DNA from: Candidatus Rifleibacteriota bacterium
Lineage (GTDB): Bacteria > Muiribacteriota > Ozemobacteria > Ozemobacterales > Ozemobacteraceae
DNA: 64,000 nt
Assembly (NCBI GenBank): GCA_015232575.1
Contig: JADFZL010000004.1
Location: 14,381 to 78,380, forward strand
Reading direction: 5' to 3'
Shown: in pieces, positions 48,351-58,806 of the stretch
How the letters are laid out: each line of letters begins with the position of its first letter
How positions within the stretch are numbered: the stretch's first letter is position 1
The notes under the pieces: model-generated
Databases searched by the model: none
Told to the model about the DNA's origin: nothing
What the model saw: only the letters and a program-made list of their open reading frames with translations
Translations under genes and position numbers: made by a program

Positions 48351-48421
48351 CTTAATCTGCGTAATCTGTGTAATCTGCGGACAGCTTTTAATCTTTAATC
48401 TTGAAATCTTGTAATCTTTAC
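48351..48421. repeat. Right arm of the GCAGATT repeat element
   Basis: 48351-48389 matches 448-486 at 37/39 nt, is inverted relative to 41905-41923, and is followed by the same atcttga/aatcttt units. Confidence 0.82.
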
Positions 48422-48538
48422 CTTCTGCGGTAACGTGGGGGTGTATTTTTTCCTTCATGCTTTAGCTCTTTTTTGTCGAAATATGAACGAATAGAAATAT
48501 TTTTTCGCTCGTTTTTCAAGAAAAACAGGAGTAAAGAC

Positions 48539-51500
48539 ATGAGGAGACAATGGTTTTGTGTGCTGATTTTTCTGGCGGTGTTTCTGCTGGGTTGTCAGGC
48601 GCACCTGATAGCTGATATACAGGGACTGAAATTATTAGTTTCTGATCCCGCAGATCCGCTTGGAAAGAAATTTAATGGCGGTCAAACTATTAGACTCAAC
48701 GCGAGTTGGGAAGGAGGAACGGTTGCTACTCCTCCTTTTTCGATCAGTTTTTATTCTGGTTCAACAAAGCTTGATACATCTAACCAGTCTTCAACATCAA
48801 AGGAATTTACAGTAACTGCCTCAACTTTAGGGAACGGTCTGAAAAATTTCAAAGTTGAAGTTATTGAAACAGCTGTTCAAAATGCGGTTATGAAATCAGC
48901 AGATTCTGACAAATCAGTTGATGTTGACCTCACTCCGCCCACAGTCGAAGTTATACTTGATAATGGAACTGTATTTTCACCTAATCCCGGATTTAATTTA
49001 GTCAAATTTACCGTAAAATCAAGTAAGAATGTTCAGGGAAGTCCTGATGTTACGGTTACTCCGACAATTACCGGAGTTACAATTACTCCAGATGGAACAC
49101 CCACCGAAAAGACTTTCAAATATAATCTGCAGCTTCCCGCAGGTGTTACTGCCAGCGATTATTCCATAAAAGCAGTTGCCAGAGATACGACTCTTCCTTC
49201 CGGTACAGAAAACTCTGGAAATGGACAGGCAGTTTTTACCGTTAAAAGTGAAGGTCCGCTAACTCCCACAATAAATGTTTCTGAACCAGCTTCTCCAGTT
49301 TTGCAGAAAAGTTTTTCCCTGAAAGGAAAAACAACTGCTGGAATGACAAAAATTACCGTTTACGAGGGAGCTACCGAGATTGTTCTGGGGACAATTACCG
49401 GGACTGACTGGACCGCTACCGTTCCAGTTGATAAAGCTACCGAGGGCGAGCATAAATACACTGTAAAAGGTCTTGATGCTCTGGGTAACCTGTCTCCGGC
49501 ATCATCGGAATTCACCGTTAAGGTAGATGCTTCCGCCCCCGATCAGGGCGTTCTTGTTGCACCAACTGGTTCTACCTCAGCAGCAAAGATTAAACTGAAC
49601 GGAACATCTGCTATTGATCCTCTGAAAAACGGTGTTAATTCTCCTCCGGTAAAAGTTGGTCTTTATAAAATGGGCGGAAGTCAAATTGCCTCAGTTACTG
49701 CTACTGTCGACGGAGCTTTTTCGTTTAACGATGTAAGTCTGGTCGAAGGTGAGAATTTTTTCTATGTTATTACAGAAGATTCAGCAAACGGTCCCCCGGG
49801 AAATAAATCAAATCCATCGACTCAGATAAAAGTCGTTCGCGATAATTCCCTTACACCTACTATTACTGTTTCCCAACCAGCATCTCCAGTTCAGCAGAAA
49901 AGTTTTTCGCTGAAAGGGAAAATAACCACTGGAATGACAAAAATTACAGTTTATGAAGGCGCCACAGAGATTTCACAGGGAACTATAAGCGGGAGTGACT
50001 GGAACGCTTTTGTGCCTAATGTGAACGAGGGCGAGCACAAATACATTGTAAAAGGCATCGATGCTCTCGGTAACGAATCTCCTCCATCGCCGGAATTTAT
50101 CGTAAAGGTAGATGTAACTGCACCTGCTGCTGGCGTTCTTGTACAACCGCAGAGCCCGACTTCGGCCACAAAGATTAATATAACCGGAACTTCTGCTGTC
50201 GATAATGTGAATAACGGTGTCAATTCTCCACCGGTTAAAGTTGCTTTGTACAAAATGGGCGGAAGTGAAATCGCCACAGTTGCTGCAGCTGTTGATGGAA
50301 CGTTTTCATTCTCTGATGTAGATATTGTAGATGGCGATAATTTCTTCTATGTTGTTACAGAAGATTCAGCTAATGGTCCTCCGGGAAATAAATCAAACCC
50401 GTCAGCTCAGATAAAAGTAGTTCGCGATACTACCGCGCCAAGTGTCGGTTCTGTTCTCATTGGTTCTTCGCAGCTTGCTACTCAGCCTCTTCCTTTGAGT
50501 GAAACAAATCCTCTGGGCACCGGTTCCTATGGAATTCAGATTGATTTTTCCAAAGATATGGATGCAACAGTTAATCCATCGGTTTCTTATACTCCTTTGA
50601 ACGGAACTGAGCAGGTCAGCACGACTGGTACCTGGATAGCATCAAAAACTTTTTTAGCTTCAATAAGTATTCCATCGGGGCAATCTGCTACTTTTGATGG
50701 TATTGCAAAAGAGCTGAAAATTTCTGGTGCGAAAGACACTGCTGGAACTGTAATGAGTCCATATACCCTTACAAATCCATTTAAAATAGTCACTACACCT
50801 CCAGTACCACCAATAACGCCGACAACACCTATTGTGGGTTTAAAGTGCACCATTACTGAACCTGCAGATACCGTTGGAAAAAAATATAATGCTGGTGTCA
50901 GTGTTAAGCTTAACACAAGCTGGACTTCAGGGGGCACACCTCCTTTTTCTGCAAGTTTTTTCGCTTTGTCCGGGGCTGCGGCAAATTCACTTGGAACAGC
51001 TATTTCAAGTACCAACTCGGCAGACTTTGTAACTACCGGGGCGAAATTGGGTGCTGGACAGAAAGGTTTCAAAGTTGATGTCTTGGAAACGGCTATTCCG
51101 AATATTCCGATGGTATCAGCTACTTCCGACAAGAATATTGAAATTGATATTACTGCGCCTGTAATCACAATTACTCTTGATAATGGCTCTACATTTTCTC
51201 CGAGTGCTGGATTTAACGTGGTGAAATTCACGGTAAAATCAAGCAAGGGCGTTCAGGGAGTACCAGATATTTCTATTTCTCCTGAAATTGCGGGAGCTGC
51301 ACCAGCTCCGGATGGAACGCCTACTGAAACGAATTTTAAATATACCCTTCAACTTCCAGCCACTGTTGTTGCGGGCGGATATACAATAAAGGCAGTTTGT
51401 AAAGATACAACCCTTCCTCTTGAAACGGCAAACTCCGGCACCGGTCAGATTGGTTTCAGTGTAAACGGTAATGGACCTCAGCCGACAACAGTCATAATAT

Positions 51501-54500
51501 CTGAACCAGCTTCTCCGGTTCAGCAGAAAAACTTTTCTCTGAAAGGGAAAATTTCCAACGGAATGACAGCAATTTCGGTTTTTGAGAATGGCGCAAAAGT
51601 AGCTGATGGTGTAATAAACGGCCCTGACTGGAGCGCCAGTCTAGCCAATGCCCCTGAAGGCTTACACAGATACACTGTGAGAGGCACAGATGCTCTCGGA
51701 AATTTATCTCCTGAATCTGCTGAAATCATAGTAAAAGTAGATCTGACTTCGCCAACCCGCGGCGTCCTGGTTCAGCCGCAAAGTCCAACGTCGTCAGATA
51801 AAATCAGCATAACCGGAACATCGGCTCTTGATCCGTTGAATAACGGAGTAAATTCGCCTCCGGTTAAAGTTGGTCTGTATTCAATGAGTGGTACAGAAAT
51901 GGGTTCTGTTACAGCCAATCTTGACGGCACGTTTACTTTTCTCAATGTAAACCTGGCTGATGGCGATAACGTTTTCTATGTTATTACAGAAGATTCAGCA
52001 AACGGGCCTCCTGGAAACAGATCTAATCCGTCTGCTCCGATAAAAATCATTCGCGATAATGCAGGGTCGAATATCGCTGCTGTTTTGATTGGTTCTCCAA
52101 AACTTGCAACCCAGCCTCTTCCAATTGTTGGAGATACCTGGCTTTCAGCCGGAAGCTATGGCATTCAGGTCGATTTTTCAAAGGAAATGGATTCCTCGAT
52201 AAAACCTGTAATTTCTTATACGCCTCTGAATGGAATTATACAGGTAAGTAATAATGGCTCCTGGGTTGCATCGAGAACGTTTTCATGCACTATTACCATT
52301 CCAGGCGGACAGTCTGCCGCTTATGACGGAATGGCAATAGAACTGAAAATCTCCGCAGCAAAAGACATTGCAGGAACTGTAATGGCTGCGTATACTGTTT
52401 CAAATCCTTTCAGAATCGATACAAAGTCGCCCGTTACTGTAATGGATTCAATGGCTCCAATATTAGTGGCAAGCGGAGTTACTTCAGTAAATATCAAAGG
52501 TTCATCCAGCGATTCCGGCTCTGGAGTCGGTTATGTCGAAATTGCCTGGCAGAATAAGGCAGGCGGAGCAATTTCATCGCAGACTGTTCCGATTTTCAAT
52601 GGAGCTAACGCTTCATGGACGACTTATTGGGATGTATCGGCTCTTTCCGAAGGATACTACAAATTGTGGGCAGTAGCAGCAGACAGAGCAGAGCCTAATC
52701 CAAATAAAGAAGCAATGTACCCGACTGGTTTCAGGCTTGTCGCCGTTGACCGTGATATGCCGACAGTAAACCGCGTGAGTCTGAATGATATTCTTAAAGA
52801 TATTAACGACATGTATTCCGGCACCACAGTGCCTGTAATAGCTTCCTCTGTGACAAAGCTCATTGCAGTTTTTTCAGATCCCAGCGGCTGGGGAATTGAT
52901 TTTTCGAGGTCGCTGTTTACACTTATGCATGAAGAAAGTGGTACAAATATTACCGGGAATTACACAAACAACGGAACTGATACAATGTATTTCACTTTTC
53001 CGAAGTTGACACTGAGTGGAACATACACCGTTTCAGTAAATCCGATGGATAAATCTGGTAATGCCATGCCGCTTGTTGCAACAAGAACATTTATAATTGA
53101 TAACGGCGGACCTTCGACAGTCACTTTCCAGCCGATTTCCGGAGCTTATGCCAACAATACTAATCCGGCAATAGCATTAGATCAGCTGTGGGCCTTCATT
53201 GATGACCCTGAGGCTGATTATATAAATTCAACAATTGCCGTGGCTTATAATGGAATGAAAACCGGGGCTCAGATAAATGGCGCATCCACAACAGCCCTGA
53301 TCTGGGATTTCACCGGAAATACTGCTACTCATACGGCTGATCAGAGCATTGATGGAAGATATAACCTGACTGTTGTACCACGTGACACTTTCGGAAATAC
53401 TGGAAATACTGTTAAATCGCACTTCTTCCTTGATACACAGGCTCCGGTTGTAACTAATGCTGAACCAGCGTCATCATCGTGGTGCGGTTTGGCTATGACG
53501 AATATAAAAGCAGGCGTTTCAGATGCTCCAAATGATCAGGTTACCTATAGGGGTGCTGCAATTGCCAAAGATGCATCATGGCAGAATTCCGAAGGAAGTG
53601 GACTGAAATATTCCACAGCGTCTTTTACTGCAAATGTTGAATTTATGAGTAAAATAATGCCTGGCGCGTTTTCCTCAAACAACATGATGGAAATAAATAT
53701 GCCCGCTATATCTGTATCTGATCCTGCTGCTGCAGGCTGGGGAACAATTACGGCAAATCTTAAAATTGATGATAATGTAAACAGCCTTAACCCCAACAGT
53801 GCATCTTATTCATGGCGTATTTTCATGGATTACATGAGACCTTTAATGACTTTTTCCAAGCCGCTTTCCAGTGGAAAATACTGCCGGAAAACCCTTGATC
53901 TGGGCGGTTCTGCTTCTGACAGGGGAAGAGACGACAGAAACATCTATGTTCAAAAAGTCGAGTTTTCAAAAGATCAGGCAACCTATATTCAGGCAGATTT
54001 TGCAATGGGAAAAATCGGCAGTTGGACTTATAATAAACTGGATATTTCTGAAATGACAGATGGGCCGCATAAACTCTATGGAAGAGCCTACGATCGTGGT
54101 TTCAACATGTCCAACCCTGATAATGCGTTTGCTGATTCCGGCGTTGAAACAGTTGTTACATTTACTGTTGACAGAACACCACCAGAAGCACCAACTGCGA
54201 TTCTTCCGCTGAATGAAAGTATTACAAATAATCGCGGGCAGCGATTCAAATGGAATAAAGTAACCGATGGCGATCAGTATTTATTTCAGATTGCTGACGA
54301 TGTAAACTTCAACAATGTTCTCAATAATCTCATTCAGCCTGGCGATGCTACATATTCAGGACTTCTGGGCCAGGTAACTTACCTTCCCGAAGCATCTTTT
54401 TCTGTTGCGAAAGATGGAACATTCTACTGGAGAGTTGCTGCAATTGAGGTATGTAATGATGGTTTCAATATAAGCGCTTTCTCGCCGACCATGCGTTTTA

Positions 54501-56143
54501 TTGCTGACACAGTAAAGCCGAAGATTCTTGGAGTGCAGCCGACGCCATCGACAGGCAACAAGATTACGACTGGCATGGTAACATTTACTGTAAGATTCAC
54601 TGAAACGATGGATACAACAGTTATTCCGACGGTTTCACTTACATCTGCGGGTGGGCAGCTTATGCTTATTGAGACAGTTTCGTTCAAAGACAACACCTGG
54701 ACAGGTACAACAGTAATTCCGAAAGATACGAGTGCGCTATACGATGGACTGGCTGTGCTTCAGGTGACAAATGCCAAGGATCTCGCCACAAACCAGATGG
54801 AAAACGATACGTCCAGTACGGTTGTTATCAACACCGGTCCAGCGTTTGAAACAAAATTGTTTTCCAACCCGGCACATGAATTCGAAATAATGATTGTTAC
54901 AAGATCAAGCGAAGCGCTTCAGGCTCCTCCAACGTGTTCAGTTACACAGGGAGCAGAAAAGGTGCCAGTGGTAATGAACTTTTTGAAAGAAAAGTTTTAT
55001 ACCGGCGGCTATCGAATTGATCCAGAACGTTCTGGTAAGGCTTTCATTGATATCAGCGGAAGCGATATTTATGGTATGACCGGCAGAGGTTCTGTTGAAT
55101 TCAACGTTGCCGGAGTAGATCAGGAATCAAGCATCAGATGGGTTTCTGAAGATGCAGCCAGTGAATTACTTATCGGTTCGGGAACATTCAGGAAAAAGGC
55201 TTCTATTTACATGCTTCCGGGAACGGGAAGTGAAGAAGAAAATCCGATGGTATCAAAGAAAGCGTCGGTAAAGCGTGCTTCTGCGATTAAAGATTCATCA
55301 GAACTTTCTAAGGAAGAACTGATTGAAATTAAAAAACTTGAAGAATTTGGACCATCTTCTCTTAAAGTCTCAAGGAAAATGCGTTATAGCACCAATTACG
55401 AGATTCCATCGGGAATAAATATTGATCCTGAGAAAGTTGGAATCTATCGATATTCTTCTGGTGGGTGGACTCACTGCAAGAGTATCGTTAAAGGAAACAA
55501 AATATCAGCTGAACTTGATGGGCTCGGAAAGCTCGCATTGATGGCAGATCTCAAAGCTCCGGTAATGGCTTCGATATTTCCTTCTAATGGTGAGCGCCTT
55601 GAAGATGCCGATTTCACAATCGAAGGTAAGATTTCTGATAAAGGCGCAGGGTTGCTTCTTGAATCGGTTAAGATCAGCATTGACGGAAATCAGGTTACTG
55701 ATGTTACCGTAGAAGAAGATGGAAGCTTCAGATATGTGCCTCGTAAAACACTTCCAAAGGGAGATCATGTTCTGGAAATCTCTGCAAGCGATAAAGCAGG
55801 AAACCAGATTGTTACATCAATTACCTTTGTAGCACCCGGACCGTTTGCTATTGAAGATCTGAAGGCTTATCCGAACCCGGCGAGAGGTGATGCGATATAT
55901 TTTGCATACAACTTTGGACAGAAAGCAGAAGAAATCAGGCTGAAAATCTATGATACAGCCGGACAACAGGTAACTTCCTTTGATACTTTTGACTTCGACA
56001 AACTCTCGTCAGGGAAACTCAAGTGGGACTTGAGAAATGACGATGGTAAGAAGGTGGCAAATGGAGTTTATCTTTATAAAATTGAAGCCATCAAAAATGG
56101 TCAGAAAATAAAAAGTCGTGGAAAACTGGCAGTTTTGAGATAG
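48539..56143 (+). CDS. Giant secreted multi-Ig-like protein with C-terminal FlgD-Ig / T9SS-type-A-like domain, copy 2, N-terminally expanded (start re-assigned to ATG 48539)
   Basis: The same RBS/start context as copy 1 (caggagtaaagacATGaggaga) places the start at 48539. After a TTPPVPPITPTTP linker the protein is colinear with the whole mature copy 1. Confidence 0.85.
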   Translation: MRRQWFCVLIFLAVFLLGCQAHLIADIQGLKLLVSDPADPLGKKFNGGQTIRLNASWEGGTVATPPFSISFYSGSTKLDTSNQSSTSKEFTVTASTLGNGLKNFKVEVIETAVQNAVMKSADSDKSVDVDLTPPTVEVILDNGTVFSPNPGFNLVKFTVKSSKNVQGSPDVTVTPTITGVTITPDGTPTEKTFKYNLQLPAGVTASDYSIKAVARDTTLPSGTENSGNGQAVFTVKSEGPLTPTINVSEPASPVLQKSFSLKGKTTAGMTKITVYEGATEIVLGTITGTDWTATVPVDKATEGEHKYTVKGLDALGNLSPASSEFTVKVDASAPDQGVLVAPTGSTSAAKIKLNGTSAIDPLKNGVNSPPVKVGLYKMGGSQIASVTATVDGAFSFNDVSLVEGENFFYVITEDSANGPPGNKSNPSTQIKVVRDNSLTPTITVSQPASPVQQKSFSLKGKITTGMTKITVYEGATEISQGTISGSDWNAFVPNVNEGEHKYIVKGIDALGNESPPSPEFIVKVDVTAPAAGVLVQPQSPTSATKINITGTSAVDNVNNGVNSPPVKVALYKMGGSEIATVAAAVDGTFSFSDVDIVDGDNFFYVVTEDSANGPPGNKSNPSAQIKVVRDTTAPSVGSVLIGSSQLATQPLPLSETNPLGTGSYGIQIDFSKDMDATVNPSVSYTPLNGTEQVSTTGTWIASKTFLASISIPSGQSATFDGIAKELKISGAKDTAGTVMSPYTLTNPFKIVTTPPVPPITPTTPIVGLKCTITEPADTVGKKYNAGVSVKLNTSWTSGGTPPFSASFFALSGAAANSLGTAISSTNSADFVTTGAKLGAGQKGFKVDVLETAIPNIPMVSATSDKNIEIDITAPVITITLDNGSTFSPSAGFNVVKFTVKSSKGVQGVPDISISPEIAGAAPAPDGTPTETNFKYTLQLPATVVAGGYTIKAVCKDTTLPLETANSGTGQIGFSVNGNGPQPTTVIISEPASPVQQKNFSLKGKISNGMTAISVFENGAKVADGVINGPDWSASLANAPEGLHRYTVRGTDALGNLSPESAEIIVKVDLTSPTRGVLVQPQSPTSSDKISITGTSALDPLNNGVNSPPVKVGLYSMSGTEMGSVTANLDGTFTFLNVNLADGDNVFYVITEDSANGPPGNRSNPSAPIKIIRDNAGSNIAAVLIGSPKLATQPLPIVGDTWLSAGSYGIQVDFSKEMDSSIKPVISYTPLNGIIQVSNNGSWVASRTFSCTITIPGGQSAAYDGMAIELKISAAKDIAGTVMAAYTVSNPFRIDTKSPVTVMDSMAPILVASGVTSVNIKGSSSDSGSGVGYVEIAWQNKAGGAISSQTVPIFNGANASWTTYWDVSALSEGYYKLWAVAADRAEPNPNKEAMYPTGFRLVAVDRDMPTVNRVSLNDILKDINDMYSGTTVPVIASSVTKLIAVFSDPSGWGIDFSRSLFTLMHEESGTNITGNYTNNGTDTMYFTFPKLTLSGTYTVSVNPMDKSGNAMPLVATRTFIIDNGGPSTVTFQPISGAYANNTNPAIALDQLWAFIDDPEADYINSTIAVAYNGMKTGAQINGASTTALIWDFTGNTATHTADQSIDGRYNLTVVPRDTFGNTGNTVKSHFFLDTQAPVVTNAEPASSSWCGLAMTNIKAGVSDAPNDQVTYRGAAIAKDASWQNSEGSGLKYSTASFTANVEFMSKIMPGAFSSNNMMEINMPAISVSDPAAAGWGTITANLKIDDNVNSLNPNSASYSWRIFMDYMRPLMTFSKPLSSGKYCRKTLDLGGSASDRGRDDRNIYVQKVEFSKDQATYIQADFAMGKIGSWTYNKLDISEMTDGPHKLYGRAYDRGFNMSNPDNAFADSGVETVVTFTVDRTPPEAPTAILPLNESITNNRGQRFKWNKVTDGDQYLFQIADDVNFNNVLNNLIQPGDATYSGLLGQVTYLPEASFSVAKDGTFYWRVAAIEVCNDGFNISAFSPTMRFIADTVKPKILGVQPTPSTGNKITTGMVTFTVRFTETMDTTVIPTVSLTSAGGQLMLIETVSFKDNTWTGTTVIPKDTSALYDGLAVLQVTNAKDLATNQMENDTSSTVVINTGPAFETKLFSNPAHEFEIMIVTRSSEALQAPPTCSVTQGAEKVPVVMNFLKEKFYTGGYRIDPERSGKAFIDISGSDIYGMTGRGSVEFNVAGVDQESSIRWVSEDAASELLIGSGTFRKKASIYMLPGTGSEEENPMVSKKASVKRASAIKDSSELSKEELIEIKKLEEFGPSSLKVSRKMRYSTNYEIPSGINIDPEKVGIYRYSSGGWTHCKSIVKGNKISAELDGLGKLALMADLKAPVMASIFPSNGERLEDADFTIEGKISDKGAGLLLESVKISIDGNQVTDVTVEEDGSFRYVPRKTLPKGDHVLEISASDKAGNQIVTSITFVAPGPFAIEDLKAYPNPARGDAIYFAYNFGQKAEEIRLKIYDTAGQQVTSFDTFDFDKLSSGKLKWDLRNDDGKKVANGVYLYKIEAIKNGQKIKSRGKLAVLR

Positions 56144-56147
56144 TTTT

Positions 56148-56822
56148 ATGGAGACAGACAAAATGCAGAGAAAACAGAAAAAAGTGCAGAAAAAAGGGCT
56201 ATTTGTTCTCATTTTTATTCCGGTAATGATGATGCTGAGCGGGTGCGGTGGAGGTGTTGCCGGCGAAGGTGGAAACCAGTATCCACAGACCAGCGGCACA
56301 ACAATTGTCAGGGCAAATTCTTTCAATGATGAAGGCTGGGACCTCATTTCAAAAGGTCAGTATCAGAGTGCAATAGCGCTTTTTAATCAGGTTCTTGCAG
56401 ATAATCCGACAGCTCAGGAAGCCTGCGAGGCGAATTCGGGTCTCGGGTGGGCACGCGGTCGGATAGGAAGTCTGAAAGATGGCATGGAATGGTTTGCAAA
56501 AGCTGTTGATGGCTCAAACGATGCAAAAGTTGGTATGGCTGCTGCTTATATTCAGATGGGTTCGAAAAGCGATCTGGAAAACGCCGTTGATTTGCTCTAC
56601 ACGAAACTCGGAGGAGAAAATCCGCACTTTCATTATACCACTTCGAGAGCTACCGGAGTAAGCGATGCAGAATGTCATGCTCTTCTTGCTTTTGCGTTTG
56701 CCGGAATCGGAAGGAGCGATGATGCAACCATTCAGCTTGATTATGCAAAGGAATTGAATCCAAACTGGCAGTCAACGACGATTGAACAAATTAACAATGT
56801 CGTCGATTTCCTGAATAAATGA
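56148..56822 (+). CDS. TPR-containing lipoprotein, copy 2
   Basis: Lipobox LSG-C; near-identical to 47640-48293. Confidence 0.82.
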   Translation: METDKMQRKQKKVQKKGLFVLIFIPVMMMLSGCGGGVAGEGGNQYPQTSGTTIVRANSFNDEGWDLISKGQYQSAIALFNQVLADNPTAQEACEANSGLGWARGRIGSLKDGMEWFAKAVDGSNDAKVGMAAAYIQMGSKSDLENAVDLLYTKLGGENPHFHYTTSRATGVSDAECHALLAFAFAGIGRSDDATIQLDYAKELNPNWQSTTIEQINNVVDFLNK

Positions 56823-56916
56823 GCATCTGTTTATTACTTTTCTCCAGCTCATCTCTCGGGCTCCATCTACCCGGAATCTCCGTGGGAGAGGGTTGGGGTG
56901 AAGGTCTCAATAACAT

Positions 56917-58806
56917 TTGGAAATGGTACAAGTGATGAAAAAACATAATCAAAGTATGGAAATAAGGTTTATTATGCTGCTGGCGCTTGCCGGGGCTTTA
57001 TTTGGATTTACCGGATGTTTGAATTCTTCTGCCCCGAAACTTGGTGCTGTAAGCGGGAAAGTCTTCGATTCAAACGGTCATATTCTGCAGGGAGCAAAAG
57101 TAGAAATATACGGCGCAGATCACATTGTACTGACTGACGAGCTTGGAAGATACTATATTGGCAGCGTAGAGCCCGGTGCAAAGCGCGTAGTTGCTACATG
57201 GAACGGCAGATCTGTCATCGTGAATGTTGAAATTCCGCGTGGTGCAACTCTTGAAAATACAGATATTACATTTACAACTGTAGATCAGCTTCCACCAATC
57301 ATTTCAGATGTCTCAGTTGCAGCGGTTGCTGAAACATATTCAGTAATAACCTGGAAAACAGATGAGCCCGCTGATTCAGTAATAGACTACGCTACCGGGC
57401 CGATCGGGCTTGGAACTTTTACAATGAAGTATACCGATTCGGCGCTGGTTTTTGACCATGTTGCAACTCTTTCACATCTGATTCCCAATGTTATATGGCA
57501 TTTCAGAGTGCGTTCAAGAGATTATTTCGCCAACGAGGGAGTTTCTTCTGAATATCAGTTCAGTACTCCTGGCGGCGCTCCACCTGAGGTTCCGCTTGAT
57601 TTTGCTTTGAGTGCGCCATCCGAAATGGAACGTGTAAAAGCCACATGGCGAAGTTTTATTGCTACTGATTCCGATTTAAAGGGTTACAATCTTTATCGCT
57701 CTGATTCCAGAAGTGGGCCGTTTGCGAGGGTTAATGCCGACCCGATACCTCTGGCGGCAGATGCTTCCGGAACAGTGGCAACCTTTACAACTTATACAGA
57801 CGGCGGTTTGAAAATAGGATGGAAATACTATTATTACCTTAAGGCTGTCGATATTGCAATGAATGAAAGTGCTCCAACAAATACGCTTTCAATTGTGACG
57901 CCGGGAAGTCTTGCTGAAAACCGTGTATGGAAAGCAGTTGAAAGTCCATATATTCTTCAGGGAGACTTAAGAGTGCGCGGTGGAGCAATACTCACTGTTG
58001 AACCGGGCGTGGAAGTTAAATTCAGTACAAAAGATTCTCTTCCCGATTCAAATGGTGCAACAATGTCTGAACTTATTGTTCAGGGTGCTCTTATGGCTGT
58101 TGGAAATCCTGAGAACCGTATTATATTCACTTCGGCTGAAACTTTTCCCAAAAAAGGCTGCTGGGGCGGTTTAAAATTTCTCTCAACTATCGAGCCTGAA
58201 AATCAGCTTAAATACATTACTTTGCTGTTTGCTGACACAGGTGTAAGAAGTGAAGGTTCTGCACCGGCGATAGAAAACTCTGAATTCGGTCTTTGTGTGG
58301 TCGGCCTGGACATCGGGTTGTCAACGGCTTTGAACCCGAGGTATAATGTTGTTCGGGATTGCGATATCGGTCTTGTTTCTGCTAATTCAAACATTAGAAA
58401 CAATCTGTTTATTGACAATCAGGTTGGTGCCGCACTTCTCGGCGCTGATTCCTTTGAACACAACACAGTTGACTGTCTTGTCGGACTTGAGGTTCCTTTC
58501 GGAACTCCGGTGATAAAAAACAATATCATTTCATATATCGGTAATGGTCAGGGGTTATACGGTATCAATCAGACTGCGACAACCGCAACTCCAACAATTT
58601 CCTACAATGACATTTTTGGATTTGCAATTCCGACAAATGGTCTCACAGTTGCGACCGGGCCGGGAAATATAGCAAGTGACCCGCTGTTTCTCGGCGGTAT
58701 GCCTTATGATTATCACCTTCAGACCGTCGCAGCAGGATACGCCTCAGATTCGCCTTGTCTGACCGCTGGTGAAAATCAGGTACAGCAAGGCAGATACGGC
58801 CCGTAA
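56917..58806 (+). CDS. Lipoprotein with carboxypeptidase-regulatory-like, fibronectin type III and right-handed beta-helix domains (true start probably 56935 or 56956)
   Basis: Lipobox FTG-C; GKVFDSNG.ILQGAKV..TDELGRY; ITWKTDEPADS..Y; GYNLYRS..YYYYLKAVD..NES (FN3); ILTVEPGVEVKF..GNPENRIIFTS, NNII..YNDI..GNIASDPLF (beta-helix). Confidence 0.8.
   Translation: MEMVQVMKKHNQSMEIRFIMLLALAGALFGFTGCLNSSAPKLGAVSGKVFDSNGHILQGAKVEIYGADHIVLTDELGRYYIGSVEPGAKRVVATWNGRSVIVNVEIPRGATLENTDITFTTVDQLPPIISDVSVAAVAETYSVITWKTDEPADSVIDYATGPIGLGTFTMKYTDSALVFDHVATLSHLIPNVIWHFRVRSRDYFANEGVSSEYQFSTPGGAPPEVPLDFALSAPSEMERVKATWRSFIATDSDLKGYNLYRSDSRSGPFARVNADPIPLAADASGTVATFTTYTDGGLKIGWKYYYYLKAVDIAMNESAPTNTLSIVTPGSLAENRVWKAVESPYILQGDLRVRGGAILTVEPGVEVKFSTKDSLPDSNGATMSELIVQGALMAVGNPENRIIFTSAETFPKKGCWGGLKFLSTIEPENQLKYITLLFADTGVRSEGSAPAIENSEFGLCVVGLDIGLSTALNPRYNVVRDCDIGLVSANSNIRNNLFIDNQVGAALLGADSFEHNTVDCLVGLEVPFGTPVIKNNIISYIGNGQGLYGINQTATTATPTISYNDIFGFAIPTNGLTVATGPGNIASDPLFLGGMPYDYHLQTVAAGYASDSPCLTAGENQVQQGRYGP

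Noticed and set aside
48473..48538. TTG start for giant protein copy 2
   Set aside because: The homologous RBS and ATG context of copy 1 places the start at 48539.
50587..51246. Long antisense ORFs (e.g. 219 aa here; also 13553-14074, 6757-7272, 9665-10138)
   Set aside because: These are shadow frames fully inside well-supported genes, explained by codon bias on the coding strand.
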